Origin: an uncultured virus (IMG/VR IMGVR_UViG_3300028800_000070)
Lineage: Duplodnaviria; Heunggongvirae; Uroviricota; Caudoviricetes
Virus record (IMG/VR): IMGVR_UViG_3300028800_000070
Strand: one strand, 5' to 3'
DNA: 64,000 nucleotides
The position numbers and the translations under genes were made by a program. Below are positions 1 to 8,924 of this stretch, in pieces (position 1 is the first letter of the stretch; each line of letters begins with the position of its first letter). The notes beneath the pieces were generated by a model that was not told the DNA's origin, did not search any database, and saw only the letters and a program-made list of their open reading frames with translations.

Positions 1-114
1 TAGATTATGCGTACCCATAAAACCAAACCCCTTATCAACCGCCTCAAGGGGAGGAATTATTTTATCTTGAACTACTTTTAATTCTGTTTTATATTCCATA
101 TTAGTCCGAATAAT

Positions 115-558
115 CTATCTTTTTATGCTCAGTAACTCAGTGATTCTATTTTCCATCTCTTTCTCATTGTCAAATCTTTCGACATCTTCAAAAAGCTGTT
201 TACCCGCCAATTGATAGATTTCCCAAAAGTAATTGTCTTGTATAGATAATCCGTTTGGAAAAGACAAAACTGCCGAAATAAGATATTTGCCTTTTTTGTA
301 ATGCCTTTGCTCAACAACCCATGGAGCCATTATTAACGGGACAGATTTATTGACGGGATCAATATAACTCTGAATACAACCTCTTCTGTCTCCGTTTGTA
401 CTCTCTCTGCCCTCAGCTCCGTAGACTCCCGAAGCCCAATGTTTTGCTGGACGGAATTTAATACCGTTTCCAATATCTCGCCACATGGTCGCCTCGAAGT
501 AAATCGGTTCGTATGGTGACTTGTGATCTTTATCAACTATGTATGTTTTATAAATCAT
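115..558 (-). CDS. hypothetical phage early protein
   Basis: 147-aa ORF in a tightly packed minus-strand run; no recognised motif. Confidence 0.6.
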   Translation of the reverse strand: MIYKTYIVDKDHKSPYEPIYFEATMWRDIGNGIKFRPAKHWASGVYGAEGRESTNGDRRGCIQSYIDPVNKSVPLIMAPWVVEQRHYKKGKYLISAVLSFPNGLSIQDNYFWEIYQLAGKQLFEDVERFDNEKEMENRITELLSIKR

Positions 559-589
559 ATTTCATGCCTAAAAAGAGCTACTCGTTGAA

Positions 590-772
590 CTAATCAACCA
601 ACTCTCCTTCATCCTCTTTCAATAACGCATATCTAAATTTTCTTTTTTGTTTCATAGGGATTTTTATTTTATAAACATTTTCAATAATCGGTTGCTCTTC
701 ATCAAGTTCATAGATTTTGCCCTCTTCAAGATTTATTTCTGGTTTATTAATAAGTGCTTTTAGATAAGTCAT
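590..772 (-). CDS. hypothetical protein
   Basis: 60-aa ORF whose start overlaps the upstream stop (ATGA coupling). Confidence 0.55.
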   Translation of the reverse strand: MTYLKALINKPEINLEEGKIYELDEEQPIIENVYKIKIPMKQKRKFRYALLKEDEGELVD

Positions 773-1110
773 AGCTCGCTATCAATTGTTTCTTTAGCCG
801 CCTCATACCCCCAACATGTCCATGTCTCAATTCCTACTCGATTCAATGCAACATGCCACGCATCTTGTTCTTTCGTTAAATTATTTTTTCCCACCTTCAT
901 CTCAATACAAATTGCTTTCTTCTTCGTCAAAATAATCAAATCAGGAAATCCAGGATTCAAACCAGCTTTCTTATTTTTCACTTTCTGTCCCCAGCTCGGT
1001 GTCCATGTTGAGTTAGGAATAGATGTATACATTACAATTTTTCCTTGATTCTTAAGAATATCGAGATATTCGACTACCAGACATTGTGTTTGATATTCAG
1101 AAAGTTTCAT
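769..1110 (-). CDS. VRR-NUC family nuclease (putative Holliday junction resolvase)
   Basis: GLNPGFPDL...IEMK...Q..W PD-(D/E)xK signature. Confidence 0.85.
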   Translation of the reverse strand: MKLSEYQTQCLVVEYLDILKNQGKIVMYTSIPNSTWTPSWGQKVKNKKAGLNPGFPDLIILTKKKAICIEMKVGKNNLTKEQDAWHVALNRVGIETWTCWGYEAAKETIDSEL

Positions 1111-1131
1111 ATATTATCCCCTTTATGGGGG

Positions 1132-1455
1132 TTATTTAAGCCAGCATTTCGCTAAACAGTATCTATTACCTTTTTTAGATGTTCCCTTCTTAGATCCACA
1201 ATTCTCGCAAACATCTTCAAATTGTTCTACTGGAACAGATTTCTTAACTTCGTTATCCTTAAGAGCTTCCTTGTTTGTCTCAGCGTTCCAGCTAGGTTGA
1301 AGATCATTATTAATAGCCCAATCTATTGATGCCATCGCGTTTATCAATAATGGTTTTACTTCTATTTCCGGATCACGTTTTGTTAACAGAATACTAAATC
1401 CTTTGTAATAAAACTGAACTGTTATACTTTGTGTTGATTCCATTCCGCTTGTCAT
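1132..1455 (-). CDS. hypothetical protein with C-terminal Cys cluster
   Basis: CENCG...YCLAKCW. Confidence 0.55.
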   Translation of the reverse strand: MTSGMESTQSITVQFYYKGFSILLTKRDPEIEVKPLLINAMASIDWAINNDLQPSWNAETNKEALKDNEVKKSVPVEQFEDVCENCGSKKGTSKKGNRYCLAKCWLK

Positions 1456-1609
1456 AATTAGTCTGTATGCCTATGATACGTCCTTTCTATAGAATTATCT
1501 ATTTCTACTTCAACCATTTTGTCATATTCTTCCCGTTCTTCTTGCTCCATTGCTAACTCACTTGAGCTTTTAATTCCGTACCAAGCCTTTAATTGTTCTT
1601 GTGTAAATA

Positions 1610-1825
1610 TCATATTGTTTTGTTTGGCATATCATCTAATGACGCGCCGTTTTCTAATGCTAAATCAATGTCAGATTTATCTTTCATGAACTGACTTCCT
1701 CTATCCAGCCACCCTGATAGATATGCAAGATTAATAGCCGTATCTAATTTAGTAATATCTTTTACCTCTAATCGTAGCATCACTCCTGTTTCAATTACTA
1801 ATTTTTTAAGTTCTTTCTCTGACAT
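1610..1825 (-). CDS. hypothetical protein
   Basis: 71-aa ORF directly after the RHH gene. Confidence 0.5.
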   Translation of the reverse strand: MSEKELKKLVIETGVMLRLEVKDITKLDTAINLAYLSGWLDRGSQFMKDKSDIDLALENGASLDDMPNKTI

Positions 1826-1826
1826 A

Positions 1827-1964
1827 CTATTTATCCTTTAAATATTCCTCTATTAATTTTCTGATAATATCAGCAACCGTAGTGTTCTTCTGAGCAGCAA
1901 TCACATTCAATCGTGTACGCTGATCTGCTAAAACGTATAACTGTATTGGTTTAACTTCTCTCAT
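1827..1964 (-). CDS. ribbon-helix-helix (CopG/Arc-like) regulator
   Basis: Hand-translated 45 aa MREVKPIQLYVLADQRTRLNVIAAQKNTTVADIIRKLIEEYLKDK; not in the ORF track. Confidence 0.7.
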   Translation of the reverse strand: MREVKPIQLYVLADQRTRLNVIAAQKNTTVADIIRKLIEEYLKDK

Positions 1965-1999
1965 GTCTATATGATATCATGATTTAATTCATTTGTCAA
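1965..1999 (-). promoter_or_regulatory. sigma70 promoter, leaderless
   Basis: TTGACA-17nt-TATCAT-6nt-ATG. Confidence 0.75.
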
Positions 2000-2229
2000 T
2001 ACCCCAGTTTAGTAATCAGTTTCGCGCGTGCTTCATAATATTTTTTCATCGCCGGCGAATTTGTCTGCTTCCACAGTTTCCTTAGTTCATCTAAACGAGA
2101 GCTTTGTACTTTACCGTAATTTTTCTCCTGCCAATCGTTTTTATGTTCTTCTGAACACCATTCACTCTCCTGTATATTCTTACAGCGTGTTTGTATATCC
2201 TGGTAATCTGTTTGATAATAACATTGCAT
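1996..2229 (-). CDS. small Cys/His protein, homolog of 46140..46358
   Basis: Shared QCY...RC...WCS.EH...W...NY pattern. Confidence 0.65.
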   Translation of the reverse strand: MQCYYQTDYQDIQTRCKNIQESEWCSEEHKNDWQEKNYGKVQSSRLDELRKLWKQTNSPAMKKYYEARAKLITKLGY

Positions 2230-2449
2230 AATATATTAAAAGGAATTCGCTTCGCTCATATTATTTTAATCTAACGATAATGTTACCCTTGTTGATAGAG
2301 AGCAAGGGAATGTCACCCCCCCTCCCCCTCATTACAAGGCGTTGGTTATTGTTACCCCCGTTGCCGATGTTGTACAAGTGCGGCTCTTGGTATCACAATC
2401 AAGCTAGTCCGTTTTTATTCACAAACCTCTCTAGGAAAACGGCGGCTGC

Positions 2450-2578
2450 TTAGTCTGCTCCCCCCGATATAATTAGTTCTTTAATAAATTCGGCAGCTAT
2501 TCTAATTAAACGAGGATTTGGTTCACCACGATATGTTTCGTCGATTATTTCCTGAAGTAGTATTTCTATTTTTGTCAT
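2450..2578 (-). CDS. 42-aa ORF downstream of the structured leader
   Basis: Hand-translated MTKIEILLQEIIDETYRGEPNPRLIRIAAEF...; ATG abuts the U-tract of the hairpin. Confidence 0.5.
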   Translation of the reverse strand: MTKIEILLQEIIDETYRGEPNPRLIRIAAEFIKELIISGGAD

Positions 2579-2670
2579 AAAAAAATCCCCTTAGCGATGG
2601 GTGCTTACTGGGTAAGGTGCTCCCAAACCCATCACTAAAAGGATTTCTGCACCCTGTTCGTAAGCATTAA
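2579..2670 (-). ncRNA. structured leader RNA (attenuator/antisense-like)
   Basis: 20-bp stem 2583-2602/2627-2646; all three mismatches are G-U pairs on the minus strand; followed by U7 and ATG. Confidence 0.6.
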
Positions 2671-2997
2671 TATTATACATTATTATTCAAATAATGCAAG
2701 CTCTATTTGTCCTTTTCGGACTATTCTAAAAGTTTCTCTATCAAAATAGTAATCTAAAGAATTAGCTCTCTTTTCTTCCTTTCGAGTATATGGTTTACGG
2801 ATTTTAAGATATGCTTTCTTTTTCAGTTCTATTTTCTGTTTTTGTAAATCTTTAATTGTCATAACTTCCTCCTCTGCAAATAATACAAATATCATTTTTA
2901 TTTAAGGTAGTTATTCCTCGTTCTTTATTGCATGATTTACATTTCTTAAATCTAAGCTTATTAGGATATTTAATATTAATATATTTTATTTCCATAA

Positions 2998-3555
2998 TTA
3001 AATTCCAAAACGACGGCCACAACTCCACATTTTAAATGAGTTTCCCGATTCAGTATATATCTGATAAGCCATACGGATATTGATATCAGGATTAAAGAGA
3101 AACTTTGCATTAACTCCTTGCCAATATTCATTAATCTGAAAAACGCCAATATCTCTTGATCCTACAGGGAAATTACCAGCAGTATTTACCGCATTAGGAT
3201 TTAGGGCATGATTCTCGCAGGAAAGCAACTTAAATGCTTTAGGAGCACTACTACCAAATACTTGGTTTATCTCCTCTGTAATCTCATTATGCGGCTCTAC
3301 AGGGGATTGTATGATCGCTGTAGGAATGGGAGTAACAGGTACATAAATCCTAGTATTTGCATCCGCAGAGAGTGGAGAGACAAAGTTACCCTTTCTTTGT
3401 CCCTCCGCCATATGACCGAAATAAATAACAGGTAACAGAAAGAGCATAATTACTGCTACCTCTTTGTAGCCCTTAAATTGAAATCCTTTTCGTTTTGTTT
3501 CGTATTGATTGCTTCCTAGTAAATTTTTCATATTAGTCTTAAAATGACTTACCAT
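2998..3555 (-). CDS. membrane-anchored lytic transglycosylase / lysozyme-fold protein
   Basis: N-terminal hydrophobic segment; CEN..LNPNA.N, D.GVFQIN and W..C motifs; start may be 3531. Confidence 0.75.
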   Translation of the reverse strand: MVSHFKTNMKNLLGSNQYETKRKGFQFKGYKEVAVIMLFLLPVIYFGHMAEGQRKGNFVSPLSADANTRIYVPVTPIPTAIIQSPVEPHNEITEEINQVFGSSAPKAFKLLSCENHALNPNAVNTAGNFPVGSRDIGVFQINEYWQGVNAKFLFNPDINIRMAYQIYTESGNSFKMWSCGRRFGI

Positions 3556-3634
3556 AGCTCTTTAGTCATTACACTGTGTTTCCGCTCGTTTATCATGCCT
3601 AGTCATTTTTTCCCATTTGAACATAGGGCATTTC

Positions 3635-3913
3635 CTAAAGTGCTTCTAACTGGTTTAATAATTGTGTTTTTAGTTCTTCGTCTTTTAATTCTTCTGAAGA
3701 TTGCATCGCATACCATATTTGATAGCGAGATGTTTTAATTCCTAATACATGTTCCGTTTTAATAATTTCCGAAAGAATTACATAATCTCCGAATAGTGCA
3801 AAGTTTCTCTTTTTCCTAAAAGCTCTGAACATTGCTGAAATACTTCGATTTTTATTAACTCTAAATAATTTGTCAGCATCTTTCATGATCCAGTTTGAAT
3901 TTTGATATTGCAT
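3635..3913 (-). CDS. hypothetical protein
   Basis: Start re-assigned to the ATG right after the RHH stop (MQYQNSNW). Confidence 0.5.
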   Translation of the reverse strand: MQYQNSNWIMKDADKLFRVNKNRSISAMFRAFRKKRNFALFGDYVILSEIIKTEHVLGIKTSRYQIWYAMQSSEELKDEELKTQLLNQLEAL

Positions 3914-3914
3914 A

Positions 3915-4064
3915 TTATTTATTTTCCTTTTCTTCGGGTAAATTATCAATAAACATTCTCAACATTTTACCAATTGACTTACCGGTATAAAAACTAACTA
4001 ATTTAAGTTTCTTAAACTGTTCCTCTGTCATTAAAAACGTAAATGGTTTATTTATCTTTTCCAT
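3915..4064 (-). CDS. ribbon-helix-helix-like regulator
   Basis: Hand-translated 49 aa MEKINKPFTFLMTEEQFKKLKLVSFYTGKSIGKMLRMFIDNL... Confidence 0.65.
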   Translation of the reverse strand: MEKINKPFTFLMTEEQFKKLKLVSFYTGKSIGKMLRMFIDNLPEEKENK

Positions 4065-4099
4065 GTTTATATATTAACATATTTATATACATATGTCAA
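4065..4099 (-). promoter_or_regulatory. sigma70 promoter, leaderless
   Basis: TTGACA-17nt-TAATAT-6nt-ATG. Confidence 0.75.
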
Positions 4100-4276
4100 G
4101 TACCAAAATAGCTCTATGCTATAATGATTTCGCGGCATGAGTTATTATTATCGCCCAACATGGAAGGAGCGGCTTATGTCGTTATTTGATATTATTAGTT
4201 TTATTATTCTATTACTATTTTATGCGTTTGTAATAGGATTTGTTTTACATGGAACGATTATTTATTTTCAGGAAGG

Positions 4277-4507
4277 TTGGAGATATTTTTCATTATGAGT
4301 AAAAGGGAAATAATTTGGTATATTATTTGTTTTCTTGCGGGAGTGATTCTTTTCTTCATTTTCCCAAAAGATAGTGCGCCTGTTATTATTACCCCTCCCA
4401 TTCCGACAAGATATATTCTTAATCAGAATACGAATCACGGAATAACTTGTACAACATACGGATCCACCGATAATAATATCCCTTCTCCGATATGTATTAA
4501 ACAATGA
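4277..4507 (+). CDS. small membrane-anchored protein
   Basis: One TM segment then a short domain with two Cys; convergent on the late genes. Confidence 0.5.
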   Translation: MEIFFIMSKREIIWYIICFLAGVILFFIFPKDSAPVIITPPIPTRYILNQNTNHGITCTTYGSTDNNIPSPICIKQ

Positions 4508-4509
4508 GG

Positions 4510-5625
4510 TTAAAAATGAAGACTAAGTCCACCTTTCCCATCCGAAATAATAGTAGCTCCGGAAAGAGTAATATTCCCTTTAAAATTAAATGCAGGAGGA
4601 TTTGTCGCTACTGGTTGTGTCGGGTGGGTTGGCGGTGGTGTAGGTATACTTGGCGAGACTGGTTCAACTGCGACTGATTGAAAAGCTTTCGCTAATGCTA
4701 AGCCCTTAGGATTTAATGTGACACTATCTCCATCTATCATTAAAATTCCCTCCTGGGGCGTATCAAAGAGATTCCATAAGTTTAATCCATTGAGTATACC
4801 CATTTTAAGAGCCGGATATAATATTTGAGTAAAGGCATCGGCAAGCATTTGAGGATTAGCTGCTTGCGTAGAACCATCATTAGGATTTCTCGTATCTGCG
4901 ATTTCTTGAAGGAAAATAGGGTAAGATTTTGTGCCATATTTATTATTCAAATTATTAATCATCGTAGCCAGATTTGCAATCCAAGTGGCCGAATCAGTAA
5001 TATTTGCATCCGGATAGTAATCAACGACAAAACCACCTTGCGCTTGTACGTCTATTTGAGAATACCATCCACTCGGCGCTTCACTCTCATTAATTGTAGT
5101 ATGAGAAGTAATCTTTATTCCATTTTGCGTAGACCATGTATTAACAGCACTAATAAGCCCTGTATAAAAATTACTCCATGAATCAGTCACATTTCTTCCG
5201 AATCCATTGGATTCTCCTTCAAATTCAGGGAAGTAAGCCGCAATGTCACCATCTTTTAAATGAGCTTTGTGGGTTATTAAATGACTGACGGCTTCGTTAA
5301 TCCAATATTCGGCGGTATTCGGTTGGAAAGGGAAATTGTAAATCCCTTCTCCGTAACAATCAGTTGAACGAATAATTGCATTAAACCCCGCGGCATGAAT
5401 GGTGTCTAAAAGAAAATCAGTAAATGCTTCCGGAGTTCGTGGACTTGGTTTATTTCCATATCCTGTGAATTGAGCATCGCTATTAATTGGAACAGCAATC
5501 GAAACATGCGTTACGCCGGGAAAATTGTTTTTAACAAGGTTAATGACGTTTTGGAATAGAGTATCAGAGGTTTGATTGTTCACTACATCTTTAGTGAGCT
5601 TCATTGGATCAAGGGAGAGAATCAT
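4510..5625 (-). CDS. putative glycoside hydrolase (clan GH-A-like TIM barrel) with Pro/Thr tail
   Basis: beta/alpha alternation, FPEFE and VDYY...IFLQEIA Glu motifs, LNLWN. Confidence 0.5.
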   Translation of the reverse strand: MILSLDPMKLTKDVVNNQTSDTLFQNVINLVKNNFPGVTHVSIAVPINSDAQFTGYGNKPSPRTPEAFTDFLLDTIHAAGFNAIIRSTDCYGEGIYNFPFQPNTAEYWINEAVSHLITHKAHLKDGDIAAYFPEFEGESNGFGRNVTDSWSNFYTGLISAVNTWSTQNGIKITSHTTINESEAPSGWYSQIDVQAQGGFVVDYYPDANITDSATWIANLATMINNLNNKYGTKSYPIFLQEIADTRNPNDGSTQAANPQMLADAFTQILYPALKMGILNGLNLWNLFDTPQEGILMIDGDSVTLNPKGLALAKAFQSVAVEPVSPSIPTPPPTHPTQPVATNPPAFNFKGNITLSGATIISDGKGGLSLHF

Positions 5626-5662
5626 ATCTTTATTATATAAGAAAGGATACTATTGTCAATAA

Positions 5663-5998
5663 TTATTCTGCTCTCCCTGTATCAGGAGCAGAAGTGGGTT
5701 GTAGAACAACTGCCGATTGTCCTGCCGTTGGACTTCCCGTTGCTGGAATAGCTGTCGGAGGGATATCAGTATTAGGAATTGTAGACGGTATTGAAGAGAG
5801 TGGAGCGGTAGAAGGTTGGATGTCTGGTGTTGGTGTACACGAAGGTGATATCGATGCTGCAGGACTCATTACAATATCACCGGTGGGTATCGGAGAAACA
5901 AAGCATGTCGTTCCATCATCGGCACATGCTCTTGTCTTAAATATTGCTAACAGAAGAAATCCTAAGCAAATAACAAATATAATTATTCCTATTTTCAT
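5663..5998 (-). CDS. secreted Pro/Thr/Ser-rich protein
   Basis: Signal-peptide-like N-terminus followed by low-complexity sequence. Confidence 0.55.
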   Translation of the reverse strand: MKIGIIIFVICLGFLLLAIFKTRACADDGTTCFVSPIPTGDIVMSPAASISPSCTPTPDIQPSTAPLSSIPSTIPNTDIPPTAIPATGSPTAGQSAVVLQPTSAPDTGRAE

Positions 5999-5999
5999 T

Positions 6000-6284
6000 T
6001 TAGTATGCCGCTATATTCTTTCTAAAAAGATAATTAATAATAAATGAAGTTGCTCCACTTCCTATGATAATTGGTATTCCGATATTGACAAGAACTTCTG
6101 GTAAATGATTGTAGGTAAAATTAATAATTGCATCTGGTACTCCCGGCACTTGATAGACGGTCACAATCAAACCAATAAGAAAACTGATTAATGATTGTAG
6201 AGCTGTCATTAATCCTTTTCCGGCTGCGCTATCAATATTTGGGCCTCGTAAGTTATTCATAGGTAAATTATTCGCTTCGCTCAT
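6000..6284 (-). CDS. putative holin
   Basis: Two TM segments, basic C-terminus, coupled to the lysin gene. Confidence 0.6.
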   Translation of the reverse strand: MSEANNLPMNNLRGPNIDSAAGKGLMTALQSLISFLIGLIVTVYQVPGVPDAIINFTYNHLPEVLVNIGIPIIIGSGATSFIINYLFRKNIAAY

Positions 6285-7309
6285 TTTTTTCCTGTAAAGA
6301 TTGAAATAATGGTATTAGCAAATTTCGTTGCATTATTAACTGTTTGTGTTTGTTGTTTTTGCGTAACGGTTATTTGTGTTTTTAAATTATCAATTGCAAC
6401 TAATATGCTTTGTTTCGTATCATCTCTCGCATTTAAATATTGGGCTATAGTTCCCATATCTGTTTGTAGTTGACCAACTTCTTGCTGCGCTTTAATTCCA
6501 TTATCAATAGCAACTGAATCCGATGATAACGTCTTTTGTAATTCGCCGGTAATAACAGAATTTGTATCTTTGCCCTGTTGCACTTCCGTTGTAAGACTTT
6601 GTACTTGTTTTGTAAGTGTTCCAATTTGTGTATTGTCATTATCAATTTGGGTTTGTAATGAATTTACTTTCGTAGTTACCTGATCCGCTTCTGTATATCC
6701 AATTTTAACAAAAGCATCATAGTTTGTCGATTTTGTGACAAGTGTATCAAAAGTAGCACTATCAACATACGTTCCGGTTGCTGGATGGGTTCCTTTATAA
6801 ATAACAAACTTTTGAATGGTTGTCGGCCAATCACCGTAAGGAGTTCCTGAGTTTAATTGTCCCGTCCATGGATCTGCTATTGTTACATTCTTCCCATCAC
6901 ATGCTACCGCAACGACAAAATGAGTCTCAAGCGTTGAAGAAGGCCCTTCAGGATTTGCATTCACTTCAAGAATTACTGACATTGTAGGGTCAGAAAGATA
7001 TGTTTCTAAAATACTCAGACTTGCGGGAGTAGTTGAATAATCAATACTCTGTTGATAAATACAATTTGCATAAAGAGATTGTAGGGCTTTGTCAGTTAAT
7101 TCATTTCCCTCTACATAGAGATTATTCGTTATAAATAATTGATTAAGTTGAAGAGGATTAATCTGATGACCGTAATAATTAGCTATCATTGCAAATGCAG
7201 TAAGATAGCATCCTGAAGTTCCTATTGTGATTGTATTATTTCCAGTTCCTAAAACCGTAGAAGCCCATTGAGGATCTCGTTGAGAATACAACTGAGGTAA
7301 AGTTCTCAT
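6281..7309 (-). CDS. putative endolysin: C39-like peptidase plus coiled coil
   Basis: YSQRDPQW, SGC, HFVV, IADP motifs; leaderless start at 7309. Confidence 0.75.
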   Translation of the reverse strand: MRTLPQLYSQRDPQWASTVLGTGNNTITIGTSGCYLTAFAMIANYYGHQINPLQLNQLFITNNLYVEGNELTDKALQSLYANCIYQQSIDYSTTPASLSILETYLSDPTMSVILEVNANPEGPSSTLETHFVVAVACDGKNVTIADPWTGQLNSGTPYGDWPTTIQKFVIYKGTHPATGTYVDSATFDTLVTKSTNYDAFVKIGYTEADQVTTKVNSLQTQIDNDNTQIGTLTKQVQSLTTEVQQGKDTNSVITGELQKTLSSDSVAIDNGIKAQQEVGQLQTDMGTIAQYLNARDDTKQSILVAIDNLKTQITVTQKQQTQTVNNATKFANTIISIFTGKK

Positions 7310-7362
7310 AAATAGATTATAACATAATTGCTGAAATAGCATTTTATGAGATAATTACAATA

Positions 7363-7394
7363 TCCTCCTACGCTCCGGCGTGGGAGGTTTTGTT
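7363..7394. terminator. GC-rich hairpin, probable terminator
   Basis: cctcctacgc-tccg-gcgtgggagg inverted repeat between genes. Confidence 0.5.
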
Positions 7395-7616
7395 TTAAAC
7401 CGTTTCTGACGGTTTATCTTCGAGAGCTTTTTGAGCGTCTTCTAATGTTTTTACCGCTTTCACGACTTCTGCATCTTGTGACTTCTCGGCAACTGCTGAT
7501 TCTGCTTCATCTACTGCGACGTAAGCTTCAACAACTGCTTGCTCTTCAGGACTAAGTTCTTTTTTAGCCTTCAGTAATGCGAATTGTTCTAAATCCGCTT
7601 GAATTTGTCTTGACAT
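7395..7616 (-). CDS. small acidic protein
   Basis: 73 aa; one of the few genes with a strong SD (AAGGAGG). Confidence 0.6.
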   Translation of the reverse strand: MSRQIQADLEQFALLKAKKELSPEEQAVVEAYVAVDEAESAVAEKSQDAEVVKAVKTLEDAQKALEDKPSETV

Positions 7617-7673
7617 ATTCCTCCTTTCTTAATATTAGAATACTCTGTTTTTATTGAAGATTTTGTAAGAAGT

Positions 7674-7964
7674 TTATTTAACAAAGAATTTTAGAACTAT
7701 TTCAATAGCAAGCACAATGCCAACGCCCGTATAAACAAGTCTTTCAAGTGTTTTAACTACTTTCTCAAGTGCCTCTAATTGTGCTTTGGTAGCGACATCA
7801 CCACGTAATTCATTTAATAAATCGAACCTTTTTTCTGCTGCGACTTCTGTTTTTCTGTTTTCTTCTTTAACCGCAATAAGAGCCGCATTGAGGGCTTTGT
7901 CCTTTTCTTCAAGAAGTTTTTCAATATGATATTTTAGTGTGTCAACTGTCCACTCGTTTTTCAT
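7674..7964 (-). CDS. coiled-coil protein with C-terminal TM (lysis-cassette type)
   Basis: Heptad pattern then LVYTGVGIVLAIEIVLKFF. Confidence 0.6.
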   Translation of the reverse strand: MKNEWTVDTLKYHIEKLLEEKDKALNAALIAVKEENRKTEVAAEKRFDLLNELRGDVATKAQLEALEKVVKTLERLVYTGVGIVLAIEIVLKFFVK

Positions 7965-8275
7965 TGTCCATTAATGCCCTTAAAGAAATATCTATGAATA
8001 TCCTGAATATCTGATTGAATATTGGTTAGCTGTACTCCCTGGTCATCTTGACGTTGCTTAATTTGAGCATCATTGAGAAGTAGTTTTTGATTTTGAATTA
8101 ATACATTTTGTTCCTGTAATGTATCAGCATCAACCGCTATTTTTAATTCCTGGTAACTAATGTTAGAAGCAATAACATAATTGATAATGCTAACGAAAGC
8201 CACAAGAACCGTTGGTACGGCTCCAATGAGGATAGGAAGCCAATGAGCTTTAAGATAAAGTTTCGCATGTTCCAT
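7961..8275 (-). CDS. N-terminal TM plus coiled-coil protein
   Basis: Hydrophobic residues 12-36 then a Gln-rich coil. Confidence 0.55.
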   Translation of the reverse strand: MEHAKLYLKAHWLPILIGAVPTVLVAFVSIINYVIASNISYQELKIAVDADTLQEQNVLIQNQKLLLNDAQIKQRQDDQGVQLTNIQSDIQDIHRYFFKGINGQ

Positions 8276-8805
8276 TATTTCTCCTCCGATGTACTTTCTT
8301 CTTTTGGGGGGAAGAGATGTTCGCGGATTGCTGTTTCATGTTCGGAATGTTTATCTAATCGTTTCCCAAAAGTACCTGCAATCTTCTCTAAAGCCTTTAC
8401 CAATGCCTCTGCTTCACTCAATGGCTTCTCAACTGGTGCTCCTGGCACTTGAGGAGATGTTAAGTTGGTAGGAGGCATATTTTGAACAGGGTGAGGTGGT
8501 AATGATTGAAATGCCTGTGCAGCGGGCGGAGGGTTTTGCATACCATTAGGCACCGGTTGTCCATTTTGTCCTAACATAGCCTCGACTTGAGGTGGTACGG
8601 GAAGTCCTCGACGTTCAAAAGCTCTTCCGACAGGGTGAGGATGTTTAGAAAGGAGACTAGCGGGCGATTTTTCCGGCATTGGAGTATTTACAGGTGGGGT
8701 CATACCTGGATCAAAATTTGGTGAACTTCCAGAAACTTGAGCAGGAGCAGGAACGCCAGCTTGGATTGACGCATTCAATTGGCCGATAGGGGTTTGTGGA
8801 TTCAT
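8275..8805 (-). CDS. Pro/Gln-rich protein, counterpart of 54700..55149
   Basis: Start re-assigned to 8805 (MNPQ) after the hairpin leader. Confidence 0.6.
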   Translation of the reverse strand: MNPQTPIGQLNASIQAGVPAPAQVSGSSPNFDPGMTPPVNTPMPEKSPASLLSKHPHPVGRAFERRGLPVPPQVEAMLGQNGQPVPNGMQNPPPAAQAFQSLPPHPVQNMPPTNLTSPQVPGAPVEKPLSEAEALVKALEKIAGTFGKRLDKHSEHETAIREHLFPPKEESTSEEK

Positions 8806-8850
8806 AAAAATGGAACACTCCAAATGGATATGTTCCTATAAAGAATTATA
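8806..8850 (-). promoter_or_regulatory. -10 box plus ACAUA-hairpin/U-tract leader (copy 1, divergent)
   Basis: TATAAT tctttata GGAACATATCCATTTGGAGTGTTCC ATTTTT ATG. Confidence 0.6.
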
Positions 8851-8924
8851 TCACAAGGGTTTGAGATAGTTAGGAGTTTTTTGATGGCATGGAACACAAA
8901 ATAATTACAAGTTAATTGTATCAT

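Noticed and set aside
5663..5700. APDTG as a sortase LPxTG signal
   Set aside because: No following TM segment or basic tail
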